Source: Verrucomicrobiota bacterium (GTDB taxonomy: Bacteria; Verrucomicrobiota; Verrucomicrobiia; Limisphaerales; AAA164-E04). From it: a stretch of DNA of 64,000 nt. Shown here piece by piece: positions 9,680 to 18,907 of this stretch. The stretch covers positions 2,368,001 to 2,432,000 of the forward strand of contig CP170459.1 in assembly GCA_047947115.1 (NCBI GenBank). The letters are read 5' to 3'. Below the pieces are notes generated by a model. That model ran no database searches. It was not told the DNA's origin and saw nothing but the letters and a program-made list of their open reading frames with translations. Every line of letters begins with the position of its first letter. Positions within the stretch are counted from its first letter, which is position 1. The position numbers were made by a program, and so were the translations under genes.

Positions 9680-11350
9680 TTAAAAGGTTGAAAGTTCCTC
9701 GTCCTTGGTGACACGCATGACTTCATCAGGAGTCGTGATGCCCATTTCAACCAGTCGCCACCCATCCTGACTGAGGGTGCGCATGCCTTCCTTGCGAGCC
9801 AATTCTTTCAGCTCACCACTGGAACAATTCTTGAGGATTTTTTGACGGATGGGGTAACTGACGCCCATCATTTCAAAGACCGCACGTCGACCGTGATACC
9901 CTGTCTGACGACATTCGCGGCAACCCACCGCTTTGTAGACGACCGCGTCGGGCTTCCACTTCATGGTTTCCCTGAGGGCCTTGACGCGTTCGGATGTGTC
10001 CTCTATGCGGCAATGCGGGCAGAGAGTTCTGACGAGTCGTTGGGCGAGAACCCCTTCCAGGGAAGACGCCACCAGATAAGGTTCCACCCCCATGTCGATC
10101 AAACGTGTCATGGCGCTCGGGGCATCGTTGGTGTGCAATGTTGAGAATACCAAGTGACCCGTCAAGGAAGCTTGAATGGCGATGCGCGCCGTTTCTTCAT
10201 CTCGAATTTCACCAATCAGGACAACGTCAGGGTCATGGCGCAGGATGGCACGCAGTCCTCTGGCAAAGGTGAGTCCGGATTTTTCGGAAACCTGGATTTG
10301 GTTGATGCCCCTGATCTGGTATTCCACCGGATCTTCCACCGTGATGATTTTGCGTACCATGTCATTGATGGTATTCAGGGCGGTGTAAAGTGTGGTTGTT
10401 TTGCCACTGCCGGTGGGGCCAGTGACGAGGAATATGCCATGGGGCACTCCCAAAACTTGTTTGAAAAGTTGCAACTCCCGGTCTGCCATCCCGATCTGGT
10501 CGAGCCCTGGGATGGAGCCATCTTGCCGCAACAAACGCATGACAACGGCTTCTCCATGCAGCATGGGTATGATGGAGACACGGACATCGACTTCCCCTTG
10601 TTTGACCTTCAGTTTGATACGGCCGTCCTGGGGGAGTCGTTTTTCTGCGATATTGAGGTGACTCAGAATTTTGACGCGTGAAACGATGGCAGGTTGAAAG
10701 CGTTTGATTTCCGCGGGTACTGGAACCTCCTGAAGAACGCCATCGATACGGTAACGAATCTGCAATTCGTCCTCAAAAGGCTCCAAATGAATATCCGTGG
10801 CGCGCAGATCAATGGCGTCGCTGAGCACCTGATTGACGAACCGGATGATCGAGGCGTCTTCCGCCGCATTCTCCAGATCAGTATCTTCTCCGGAATCTTC
10901 ATCGACCACCTGAAAGGAGCTGTCATCCTTCAGAGTGTCGATGGTATCCGCCCCGACGCCGAGGCGTTTTTTGATTTCCCTCTGAATGGCCTCTGAAGGA
11001 GCAAGGACCGGGTTCAGTTTGAGTCCGGTCAGGGATTTCAAGGTATCCAGACCTTGAGTGGCGAAAAGTCGACTGGTGGCGATGTCCACCGAGCCATTTT
11101 CGCGTTTCAGGGGGAGCAAGCCTTCCTTGAACAACAATCTGGCAGGAAACAAAGTCAGTGTTTCCTTATCGATTTCCACTTGCTCCAGGTCATTGTATTG
11201 AACCGAATACTCCTCGGCGAGCCACTGCAACACCTCGGGTTCGGTTTCATAATTGCTCTCCGCCCCGTTGCCTTTTTGCTTCATCAGCCAGTTGGCGTCG
11301 GAAGCGGAGAGCTGTCGGGACTCGACCATTTGATTCAACAATTCAGTCAT
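9680..11350 (-). CDS. gspE: Type II secretion ATPase GspE
   Basis: Walker A GPTGSGKTT, EDPVEY, LRHDPDVVLIGEIRD, TGHLVFSTLHTN; CPHC...CREC metal site. Confidence 0.95.
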   Translation of the reverse strand: MTELLNQMVESRQLSASDANWLMKQKGNGAESNYETEPEVLQWLAEEYSVQYNDLEQVEIDKETLTLFPARLLFKEGLLPLKRENGSVDIATSRLFATQGLDTLKSLTGLKLNPVLAPSEAIQREIKKRLGVGADTIDTLKDDSSFQVVDEDSGEDTDLENAAEDASIIRFVNQVLSDAIDLRATDIHLEPFEDELQIRYRIDGVLQEVPVPAEIKRFQPAIVSRVKILSHLNIAEKRLPQDGRIKLKVKQGEVDVRVSIIPMLHGEAVVMRLLRQDGSIPGLDQIGMADRELQLFKQVLGVPHGIFLVTGPTGSGKTTTLYTALNTINDMVRKIITVEDPVEYQIRGINQIQVSEKSGLTFARGLRAILRHDPDVVLIGEIRDEETARIAIQASLTGHLVFSTLHTNDAPSAMTRLIDMGVEPYLVASSLEGVLAQRLVRTLCPHCRIEDTSERVKALRETMKWKPDAVVYKAVGCRECRQTGYHGRRAVFEMMGVSYPIRQKILKNCSSGELKELARKEGMRTLSQDGWRLVEMGITTPDEVMRVTKDEELSTF

Positions 11351-11395
11351 GTCGAGTCTTGTTTCTTAAGATCAGTGATGATTCGCGGGACCAGC

Positions 11396-11929
11396 CTATT
11401 CAATGAGGCCCATCACTACGGCAACCGCTTCCTGTTTGACCGTCAGGACGGATTTCAAGGTATCTTGAGCTTTTTTCAGCTCGGCTTCCTTGGCATCACG
11501 TGATTTTCGGAAAACTGCCAGTTTGGCTTCGATGTTGCTGCCGGAATCGATTGCGGATTGCAAGGCGTCGAGCTCAGCGTTGCCACTGCCCTGACCTCCA
11601 CGACCTCCACGGCCACCAAAACCGCCGAATCCGCCAAAACCACGTCCACCCGAGCGGGCGTCACGCTGTTTTTCCTGAATGGTTTCGATCAGGGGCTGAA
11701 CGGCTTTGAATTCCGCGTCTGAGAATCCGAACTGTTCCTGATAACGTTCCATCATGCGGGCGCGGAATTCAGCAGGATCGAAATTGCCACGTCCGCCACC
11801 AGGACCACCTTGTCCACGTCCGCCTTGACCGCCTTGACCGCCACGACCTTGAGCCGCTGCATCATAAGATGTGAGAGAGATCGCCATGAGGGCGACGATT
11901 AATGTGATAGATTTGAATAATTGAATCAT
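11396..11929 (-). CDS. Secreted Gly-rich alpha-helical protein upstream of gspE
   Basis: Signal peptide (…YDAAA|Q), two GGR/GGF-rich linkers flanking helical segments; co-oriented 45 bp upstream of gspE. Confidence 0.75.
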   Translation of the reverse strand: MIQLFKSITLIVALMAISLTSYDAAAQGRGGQGGQGGRGQGGPGGGRGNFDPAEFRARMMERYQEQFGFSDAEFKAVQPLIETIQEKQRDARSGGRGFGGFGGFGGRGGRGGQGSGNAELDALQSAIDSGSNIEAKLAVFRKSRDAKEAELKKAQDTLKSVLTVKQEAVAVVMGLIE

Positions 11930-12113
11930 ACAGGAACAGGTAGACGGGATGGTGTTCAGGGCGGTTACACCGTTTTTGTGCAACTTGAAAAAAACTTTTG
12001 GACCACTTTTAGACTACTTTTGGATAATCCTTCTGGAATAAGGTATGGATTGAGGGACTCGTATCGGTAATAGTTTGATTGTATGTGGATTAGGTTGCTT
12101 TAACGAAAGTGGT

Positions 12114-12554
12114 ATGATGAAGCATTTTTTTGATATCCGTCCAGGCGAAATCACCAAAGCTTTCGTGGCTTGCTGTGTCACTGGGATTTTGACTCTTATG
12201 ATTTGGGAACCTTCCCGAACCGGCCACGAGGCAATGTCCATACAATTCCCGCAGCAAACACCCGATCTACAGATTTTGCAGTTGGCTCTTTCCAGCTATT
12301 TCCAAGATCATGAGGAGAATGACATGGTTACCCAAAATGGTGTTACTTTGCAAACACTTGAGGATGAAGGCTACTTGCAACCTGACTCTTCAATAAGATT
12401 CCTTCCGGCAAGTTGGCGTTTGTTCCCACAAATATTGGAAGCATCTGTTTCAACGCCAGAATCGGTTCTTGTCGAAGCCCGGTTGCCCTCTGGAGAACAT
12501 CTGGTATTGCTTGCTGACGGGAGTGTGCAGTCTGGACCAGGGATAAACCATTAA
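12114..12554 (+). CDS. Hypothetical membrane-anchored protein with pilin-like C-terminus
   Basis: N-terminal hydrophobic segment; LQLALSSY and C-terminal LVLLADGSVQ resemble DUF1559/H-X9-DG-type tails; no prepilin cleavage site. Confidence 0.55.
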   Translation: MMKHFFDIRPGEITKAFVACCVTGILTLMIWEPSRTGHEAMSIQFPQQTPDLQILQLALSSYFQDHEENDMVTQNGVTLQTLEDEGYLQPDSSIRFLPASWRLFPQILEASVSTPESVLVEARLPSGEHLVLLADGSVQSGPGINH

Positions 12555-12585
12555 TCTATTTGAAGTCTAAAGCACTAGATTCAAC

Positions 12586-13575
12586 TCACATCATCTTCAT
12601 CTTGGGCAAGTCCTGCGTATCGATCAGACCAACTGGTTCTCCCTTGGCATTGACAACGATCAAATCATCGATTGGCTTCTGGTCAAACAGGTTCAACGCT
12701 TCGACCGCCAGCGCTTCATCTCGTATGGTGATCGGGTTGGGGGACATGACTTCCTTTATCAAGGCATCCAGAGGGTGCTCGTCACGGGCTAGGTAGCGTC
12801 TTAAATCTCCGTCCGTAAATATGCCTGCAAGTTTACCTTCATCATCCACCACGCTCACACATCCGGCCTTGGCGCCTCCCATGACCAGTAAAGCCTGTTT
12901 GATGGTTGTCGTTGCTTTGGTGACGGGATTGCGTATGCCACTGCGCATGACATCCTTGATTTTCAGCAAAAGAGCCCTTCCGATCGCTCCTGACGGGTGC
13001 CTCGTGGCAAAATCCTCCTTCTTGAATCCTCTCGCTTCCAAGGTGGCCATAGCCAGGGCATCTCCCATCACCAGCATGGCCGTTGTGCTGGAAGTGGGCG
13101 CAAGATTGAATGGGCAGGCTTCTTTGGGAACTTCCACGTTCAATACCCAATCACATGACTGGCCCAGCGTTGATTGGGGGACGCCGGTCATCCCGATCAA
13201 CTTCACCTGAAAGCGTTTCAGGGCGGGGAGTAGATTGAGCAATTCTTCGGTTTCCCCGGAATAGCTCAATATGAGGATGACGTCGCCGTCGTTGACAACC
13301 CCCACATCACCATGCAGGGCATCTACGCTGTCCAGCAGCACGCTGGTTGTCCCCGTGCTGGTCAGGGTTGCTGCGATTTTGCGCCCGATATTACCAGATT
13401 TACCGATGCCGACCACCACGACTTTTCCCTTGGATTCCATTGTTTGCACCAGGCAATCGATGGTTTGATGGAAGGAGATATCGATTAAATTCCGCACATG
13501 TTCCAACGCTGCCAGTTCAGTCGAAAAAACAGTCTGAGCGCGTTGAATGTGTTTTGATGGAGGTGGTTGACTCAT
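12586..13575 (-). CDS. kdsD: KpsF/GutQ family arabinose-5-phosphate isomerase (SIS + CBS)
   Basis: GIGKSGNIG, ALHGDVG, EACPFNLAPTSST, HPSGAIG, GIFTDGDLRR. Confidence 0.93.
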   Translation of the reverse strand: MSQPPPSKHIQRAQTVFSTELAALEHVRNLIDISFHQTIDCLVQTMESKGKVVVVGIGKSGNIGRKIAATLTSTGTTSVLLDSVDALHGDVGVVNDGDVILILSYSGETEELLNLLPALKRFQVKLIGMTGVPQSTLGQSCDWVLNVEVPKEACPFNLAPTSSTTAMLVMGDALAMATLEARGFKKEDFATRHPSGAIGRALLLKIKDVMRSGIRNPVTKATTTIKQALLVMGGAKAGCVSVVDDEGKLAGIFTDGDLRRYLARDEHPLDALIKEVMSPNPITIRDEALAVEALNLFDQKPIDDLIVVNAKGEPVGLIDTQDLPKMKMM

Positions 13576-13809
13576 CGGTATGGGGAGATTATGGGGTCAA
13601 TTCGACTGATTCGCAAGCTGGTAGACCGTCAGCTGCTTTATTGTTTTTTATCCTCAGATGTCATCGATGAACGCAGGTTTGGAGCATTGATGAACATCAT
13701 GCGGCCAAGAAAGGACCCATCCAATAGTGAAAAGTAAGTCGGCGAGTTATCCCAAGGTTGACTTTCACAATTTACGACATCTGCGGAGACCCTAATGGAA
13801 AGGTAACGG

Positions 13810-15336
13810 TCAAGCAGCATGCGATTTTGTGGTTTTCGTCATCAGTGCATTGACCTGCTCGATCCATTCGGCACTGCCGGGGCGGACATGGGCCGGGTAA
13901 CCGTAAATGGCTTCCAGAGAGCGAAGACCCAGGTGTCCATCGGAGATTTCCACCTGATGCGAGTCCATCAGGCATGGATGAGAAATGCCGGAAGCATGGC
14001 AAACTCTGAGGATTTCTTTTCGCAATACCTTGATGTAGTTGGCTAGGCGTACGGATTTGTGATTGGGGTCCAATCCCCGCATCAGCCATTGATTCTGAGT
14101 GGCGACACCGGCCGGGCAATGTCCGGTGTGGCATCGCTGAGCCTGGATGCAGCCGATGGACAGCATGGCTTCACGGCCCACATTTACCGCATCACAGCCC
14201 AGCGCAAATCCCACGAGAGCAGATTCGGGAAAGCCGAGTTTCCCGGACCCGATAAACACAAGATTCTTATGTAAATCCTGTTCAGTAAACTGCAGATAGA
14301 CCCTGCTGAATGCCTGCTTGAATGGAAGTGCGACATGATCCGCAAAGACCAGTGGCGCCGCGCCTGTGCCACCTTCGCCGCCATCAATGGTGATGAAGTC
14401 CAGACCGCGGGTGCCGGATTTCATGAGGTCGGCAAGTTGAGTCCAGAACGGAATTTGACCGACTGCGGACTTGATGCCTACAGGCAAGCCGGAGGTTTCG
14501 GCCAATAATTCGGCGAAATCGAGCAAACTGTCCGCATCTGAAAAAGCCGTATGAGCGGGAGGACTGAGGCAATCCTTGCCTGCTTCGACGCCGCGGATGG
14601 CGGCGATTTCAGGGGTGACTTTCTTTCCAAGGACCACGCCGCCGAGTCCGGCCTTGGCTCCTTGGCTCAGCTTGATTTCGATGGCTCGGATCTGGGGGTA
14701 TTGTTGGACTACACTGCGGAAACGTTCCAGATCAAAACCTCCGACCTTGTTTCGACAACCGAAATAGCCTGTGCCGATCTGCCAGACCAGATCGCCTCCA
14801 TGCAAGTGATGCCTGGAGATGCCCCCTTCGCCTGTGTTGTGCCATGCGCCGGAGAGGGCGCAGCCACGGTTGATGGCCTCCACAGCCGCCGAGCTGAGAC
14901 TGCCAAAGCTCATGGCCGAAAGGTTGATGGTCGAGGGCATCCGCAAAGCCTTCCGTCGCTTTCGATGCGCTCCCAGCACCTTTGCGCAGGGGATCCGGTA
15001 GTGCGGCGCATCCATTGGAAGATTCAACGGAAACGGGCTGTGTTTGATGAAGATGTAGTTCGGCGTCTGCTCGAGATCGTTGTCCGTTCCGAAACCGAAG
15101 TAATCGTTTTGCTTCTTGGACGTTGCGTAAACCCACCGACGCTGATCCCTGGTGAAGGGGCGTTCTTCGTCGTTGTCCGTGACGATGTACTGGCGTAGTT
15201 CCGGTCCGATGGCTTCGAGAATGTATCGAAAATGGCCGATGATCGGAAAGTTCCTGAGGATGGCATGCTTCTTTTGGTAGATATCAAAGACAGCTACCAG
15301 ACCCAGGAACCCCAAAATGATCCATAACCATGTCAC
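13810..15336 (-). CDS. FMN-binding glutamate synthase family protein
   Basis: SAMSFGSLS, NTGEGG, EIKLSQGAK, DGGEGGTGAAP; CIQAQRCHTGHCPAG Fe-S motif; N-terminal TM. Confidence 0.9.
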   Translation of the reverse strand: MTWLWIILGFLGLVAVFDIYQKKHAILRNFPIIGHFRYILEAIGPELRQYIVTDNDEERPFTRDQRRWVYATSKKQNDYFGFGTDNDLEQTPNYIFIKHSPFPLNLPMDAPHYRIPCAKVLGAHRKRRKALRMPSTINLSAMSFGSLSSAAVEAINRGCALSGAWHNTGEGGISRHHLHGGDLVWQIGTGYFGCRNKVGGFDLERFRSVVQQYPQIRAIEIKLSQGAKAGLGGVVLGKKVTPEIAAIRGVEAGKDCLSPPAHTAFSDADSLLDFAELLAETSGLPVGIKSAVGQIPFWTQLADLMKSGTRGLDFITIDGGEGGTGAAPLVFADHVALPFKQAFSRVYLQFTEQDLHKNLVFIGSGKLGFPESALVGFALGCDAVNVGREAMLSIGCIQAQRCHTGHCPAGVATQNQWLMRGLDPNHKSVRLANYIKVLRKEILRVCHASGISHPCLMDSHQVEISDGHLGLRSLEAIYGYPAHVRPGSAEWIEQVNALMTKTTKSHAA

Positions 15337-15430
15337 TCGATCTATTTGCTCCTTACAATTGCGTCGGTTCTAATTGAAGCCTGGCCTTCCTGACTCGGTT
15401 GAGGGGGCCTTGCAATCAGACTTAATCTAC

Positions 15431-16018
15431 TCAAGGAAGATCGTTAATGGATTTGATGATCTTACCGGCTAATCCGTATTCCACTGCTTCTTTGGGGCCC
15501 ATCCAGAAATTACGATCGCTATCCTGGCGGACTTTTTCGATGGGTTGTCCGGTTTGGTCGGCAAAAGTTTGATTCAGGCGTTCGCGCATTTTGATAATCT
15601 CACGAGCCTCGATCTCGGCATCCGAAGCGGAACCTCCCACACCCCCCATGGGTTGATGCAGCATGAAACGGGTGTTTGGCAGACACAAACGGTATTTTTT
15701 GGGAGGTGCCGAATAAATGAGTGCGCCGGCACTGGCTACCCAACCGGTTCCGATGATGTATACCTTTGATTTCACAAACCGGATCATGTCGAATATGGAA
15801 TCGCCTGATTCGACATGCCCGCCCTGAGAATTGATGAAAATCTTGATGGGTTCCTCCGACTCGGCATCCAGGCACAGCAGGCTCTGGGTCACCTTTTCGG
15901 CGACCTCCTGGTTGATTTCGCCAAACAGGGTGATGGTCCGTTGCTTCAACAACGATTCCACAACCTTGTTGGTCACCGATGGTTTTTTCTCTTCTGAATC
16001 CTTACAGTCTAACCTCAT
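15431..16018 (-). CDS. clpP: ATP-dependent Clp protease proteolytic subunit
   Basis: INSQGGHV, VASAG (Ser), MLHQP (His), DSDRNFWM. Confidence 0.93.
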   Translation of the reverse strand: MRLDCKDSEEKKPSVTNKVVESLLKQRTITLFGEINQEVAEKVTQSLLCLDAESEEPIKIFINSQGGHVESGDSIFDMIRFVKSKVYIIGTGWVASAGALIYSAPPKKYRLCLPNTRFMLHQPMGGVGGSASDAEIEAREIIKMRERLNQTFADQTGQPIEKVRQDSDRNFWMGPKEAVEYGLAGKIIKSINDLP

Positions 16019-16140
16019 GTTCCAGACAATTTGATCAGTAGAACAGTCTGGCGCAAGTGATTATTTTGAAGGTTTTTGATCCGCACCACCGCAGCCGCGG
16101 GATCTTCGAGATTTTGCCGATTGTCGCGGATTGGTGTTTT

Positions 16141-16324
16141 TGAACCACAGATTGCGCAGATTGACGCAGATTTTGGTCCTTGGAAGATGGTTGTTGTTTT
16201 TGGATGGAGCATGACTTCTTGGCATAGGTTAAGCGCATTCGTCCTTTGAGATATCTCCAAGGCAAAGAGGGACTACCTTTTGCCTTTAAAAAATCTGCGT
16301 CAATCTGCGATAATCTGCGGTTCA
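16141..16324. repeat. Inverted pair of AATCTGCG tandem-repeat arrays (REP/MITE-like)
   Basis: 16141-16174 TGAACCACAGATTGCGCAGATTGACGCAGATTTT is the near reverse complement of 16290-16324 AAAATCTGCGTCAATCTGCGATAATCTGCGGTTCA. Confidence 0.8.
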
Positions 16325-16332
16325 GAATCAAA

Positions 16333-17235
16333 TCAAGAACTCCATTTCAAAACGAAAATTCCCATAAGAATAATCAGGATACAGATCAGTTTTGGACGCA
16401 TGTTTTTCTCCCGGTAGGCGATGATGCCGCCGAAGAAGGTGATCAGTACGGCGCATCGGCGAAGAGGGGATACCACGGAAATCAATGCATCCTGCTGGGA
16501 CATGGCAACGAAGTAGAAAAAATCCGCGGCTAGCAAGGTGATTCCTGTCATGGGAATACTCCATCGCCAGTGGAAGGTCGATTTGCCGATTTTTCCCATG
16601 CGCCACAGGGCACAAAAAGGCCCCAACACGGCTGTCAGGTAGATGGAGAACCAGCATTGCACGGTGGCTGCTTCCATTGCGCGGGTTTGAAGCAGGTATT
16701 TGTCGTACAAGGCGCTGAGTGCGCCAAGCAGGGTGGCGATCATCATGAACCCCACCCAGCGATCGCGGTGAAAGTGGATGCCTTCCAGTTTTCCAACGAA
16801 GGAAAACGCGTAGAATCCGCACAAAATGATGGCGATACCCAACCATTGCATGACTACGGGTCGTTCCCCAAACAAGGTCACTGCAATCATGATCGTCCAC
16901 AACGGAGCGGTCGCGCGAATGGGTGAGGCCACCGAAACCGGCAGATGTTTGACCGCGAAATAATTGAACACCCACGACGCGGAAACCAGTGTGGACTTGG
17001 CCAGAATCAGTCCGTGTTCTTTCCAGCTCATGGATTTCACCAGAAACAAAGCCGATGGAAACGAATCCGGTGAGACCATCGACCAGCACAGGAAAGGAAG
17101 CCACACCAAGGCGCCGGCCAACACACTGAAGAACAACACCGGCGGCACCGCATTTTCCCGGACCCCTGCTTTCTTGATCAGGTCGTATACCCCAAGGAAC
17201 AACGCAGACAATATGGAAAGAACCACCCAATTCAT
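16333..17235 (-). CDS. EamA/DMT family transporter
   Basis: About 10 hydrophobic helices in two repeats; LPVSVASPI, LFGER, ISVVSPLRR. Confidence 0.9.
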   Translation of the reverse strand: MNWVVLSILSALFLGVYDLIKKAGVRENAVPPVLFFSVLAGALVWLPFLCWSMVSPDSFPSALFLVKSMSWKEHGLILAKSTLVSASWVFNYFAVKHLPVSVASPIRATAPLWTIMIAVTLFGERPVVMQWLGIAIILCGFYAFSFVGKLEGIHFHRDRWVGFMMIATLLGALSALYDKYLLQTRAMEAATVQCWFSIYLTAVLGPFCALWRMGKIGKSTFHWRWSIPMTGITLLAADFFYFVAMSQQDALISVVSPLRRCAVLITFFGGIIAYREKNMRPKLICILIILMGIFVLKWSS

Positions 17236-17593
17236 GTAGGGGCGACACCATTTAGGATTCCAGGCGTCGAATCAAGTAGATACCATTTATCTTTGGAGGA
17301 TCCGGCGACGTCCCCATGCGTCCCTCGATGAGGCGGGTTCCTTCATCGTCAATGCATACATGGTCCCAGGATACATTGGGTACGTTTGACGGTATGCGTC
17401 CATAATTTTGATTCTGGTAGAATTCCAGAATTCCAGAATTCCGTTCCGTCGTTTGTGCCGCCACTCATCAGGTGTTTCGATTGATTTTCCATCAGAAAAT
17501 CTTAACGGAGCAGGTAGTGCTTGGTGTGTTTTTATGACGCTCTAGTGGAGAGTCTTGAGATCCATCTTTGGTATCACGTTATTTTTATTGGTT

Positions 17594-18534
17594 TCACTCC
17601 CGGGCCTGGTCAGTTGAAGTCGCAGGTGTAAGCGCCGCATTCAATGCAGGTTCCAGTTTGACGGCATGGCTTGATCCGGCGACAGCGAAGACACGTTCTC
17701 CCTTTTTGACCAGATCCAACAGAATGGCAAGGAAGTGTCGGTCGCGGATGATGTTTGCATCCATTTCACTTAAAAAACCCGGCATTTCATATTGGTCGGA
17801 TACCGTCCTCCAGTCGGGTCCGTTTGGAAAATGTTTATCCCAGGCATGTTGCAGGGATTGCATATTGGGGAAGGCGTTTTCTATTCCTGGCCATTGGTTT
17901 CGCTTTTTCCTGACAGATTCCACTACTGCATCCGGATCATCCGGGCGCCCATATCGCAGGTTCGAGAAGTAGGGGTGAGGATGAATCGAAGCGCCACTTG
18001 TTCTTTTGAATAGTCTTTCAGTAAATGTTCGATTTGAATTTCTATGGGTGGTTCCCAAGTATAGGTTGGGATGTTATTTATCCTTGCCAGAGCGTGAACA
18101 AATCCCGGTTCGCCAAACGTCCCGACCGGATCCATGAGGCCGGGGAACAAGATGCCCAGGCGACTTTCACAAAGAGCAACACTGGGGGCAAATTGTTTCC
18201 AGCGGGTTTCCATATCTTTGAGTTGAATATCGTCTGGGTCCTTCGTGTGTTCTGCTCCATAAAGAAGTATGGCTCCTCCATGTGAAGTCGTGATTTCCAC
18301 GACGAAGGGACGATCGTGCGAATCGATCAGCCCGCCATAATGTTGGTCGCTCAGAATGAGCCTCTGGTACCATTCGGCGCTGCCTTCGTGAGGTTGGTAG
18401 TCATCGAGAGGCCGCCATGCGAAAAGCAAGGCATAGATGCCAAACACGATGGCCGCGATGAACCAGATGGCGACCAAACGACAGAACCATGTGAGGATGA
18501 ATCGCCAGACTTGTTTGGCCAGGGGGGCTTTCAT
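17594..18534 (-). pseudogene. Membrane-anchored hypothetical protein, frameshifted at a C4 run
   Basis: Overlapping ORFs 17923-18534 and 17594-18058; one extra C at 17972-17975 joins ...LRFILT to PYFSNLRYGRPDD... Confidence 0.7.
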
Positions 18535-18660
18535 ATGGACGTATGACTTCGTGTGTTGGGTGAACCATTTCAACACACGAAGTCACACGTCAGTTTCATA
18601 AAAATTAAGAAAGGGCAGGGAACGTCCCTGAACAGCTGACTGGGCTGTGAGCCGTTTCTG

Positions 18661-18876
18661 TCAGGGCTGTTTGCGACTTTGATCCGAGGCAGGGGGAGTA
18701 GTGTTCTGGTGTGAATCTGGTTGCTCGACCGAGCAACTATCGGCCATTCACGTGGATATGCCAAGCCTGGGCAAAATGACCATTTGCAGCAACAGGTAGA
18801 CGCCGACAAACAACAGCACGCTCCCAAGGGGACTGCCGACGAAGTTCACGAGAAACGTCTTGATTGCCTCAAACAT
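18661..18876 (-). CDS. Candidate small membrane selenoprotein (71 aa; Sec at TGA 18748-18750)
   Basis: MFEAIKTFLVNFVGSPLGSVLLFVGVYLLLQMVILPRLGIST-U-MADSCSVEQPDSHQNTTPPASDQSRKQP; SECIS-like hairpin 10 nt after the TGA. Confidence 0.65.
18711..18751 (-). promoter_or_regulatory. Bacterial SECIS-like element
   Basis: GUGAAU/AUUCAC lower stem containing the UGA; perfect upper stem GUUGCUC-GGUC-GAGCAAC (18737-18720). Confidence 0.65.
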
Positions 18877-18907
18877 GTGGGGAAGATAGGCCTTTCTCAG
18901 TGATGAA

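Noticed and set aside
13656..13735. Hammerhead ribozyme (TGATGA…GAAA)
   Set aside because: The core is TTGATGA rather than CTGATGA, and the required stem geometry is not met.
16141..16324. CRISPR array
   Set aside because: Repeats are short tandem units in inverted arms, with no unique spacers and no cas genes.
18661..18663. Second Sec read-through at the terminal TGA of the membrane selenoprotein candidate
   Set aside because: No comparable GGUC-capped hairpin at the expected distance; treated as a true stop.
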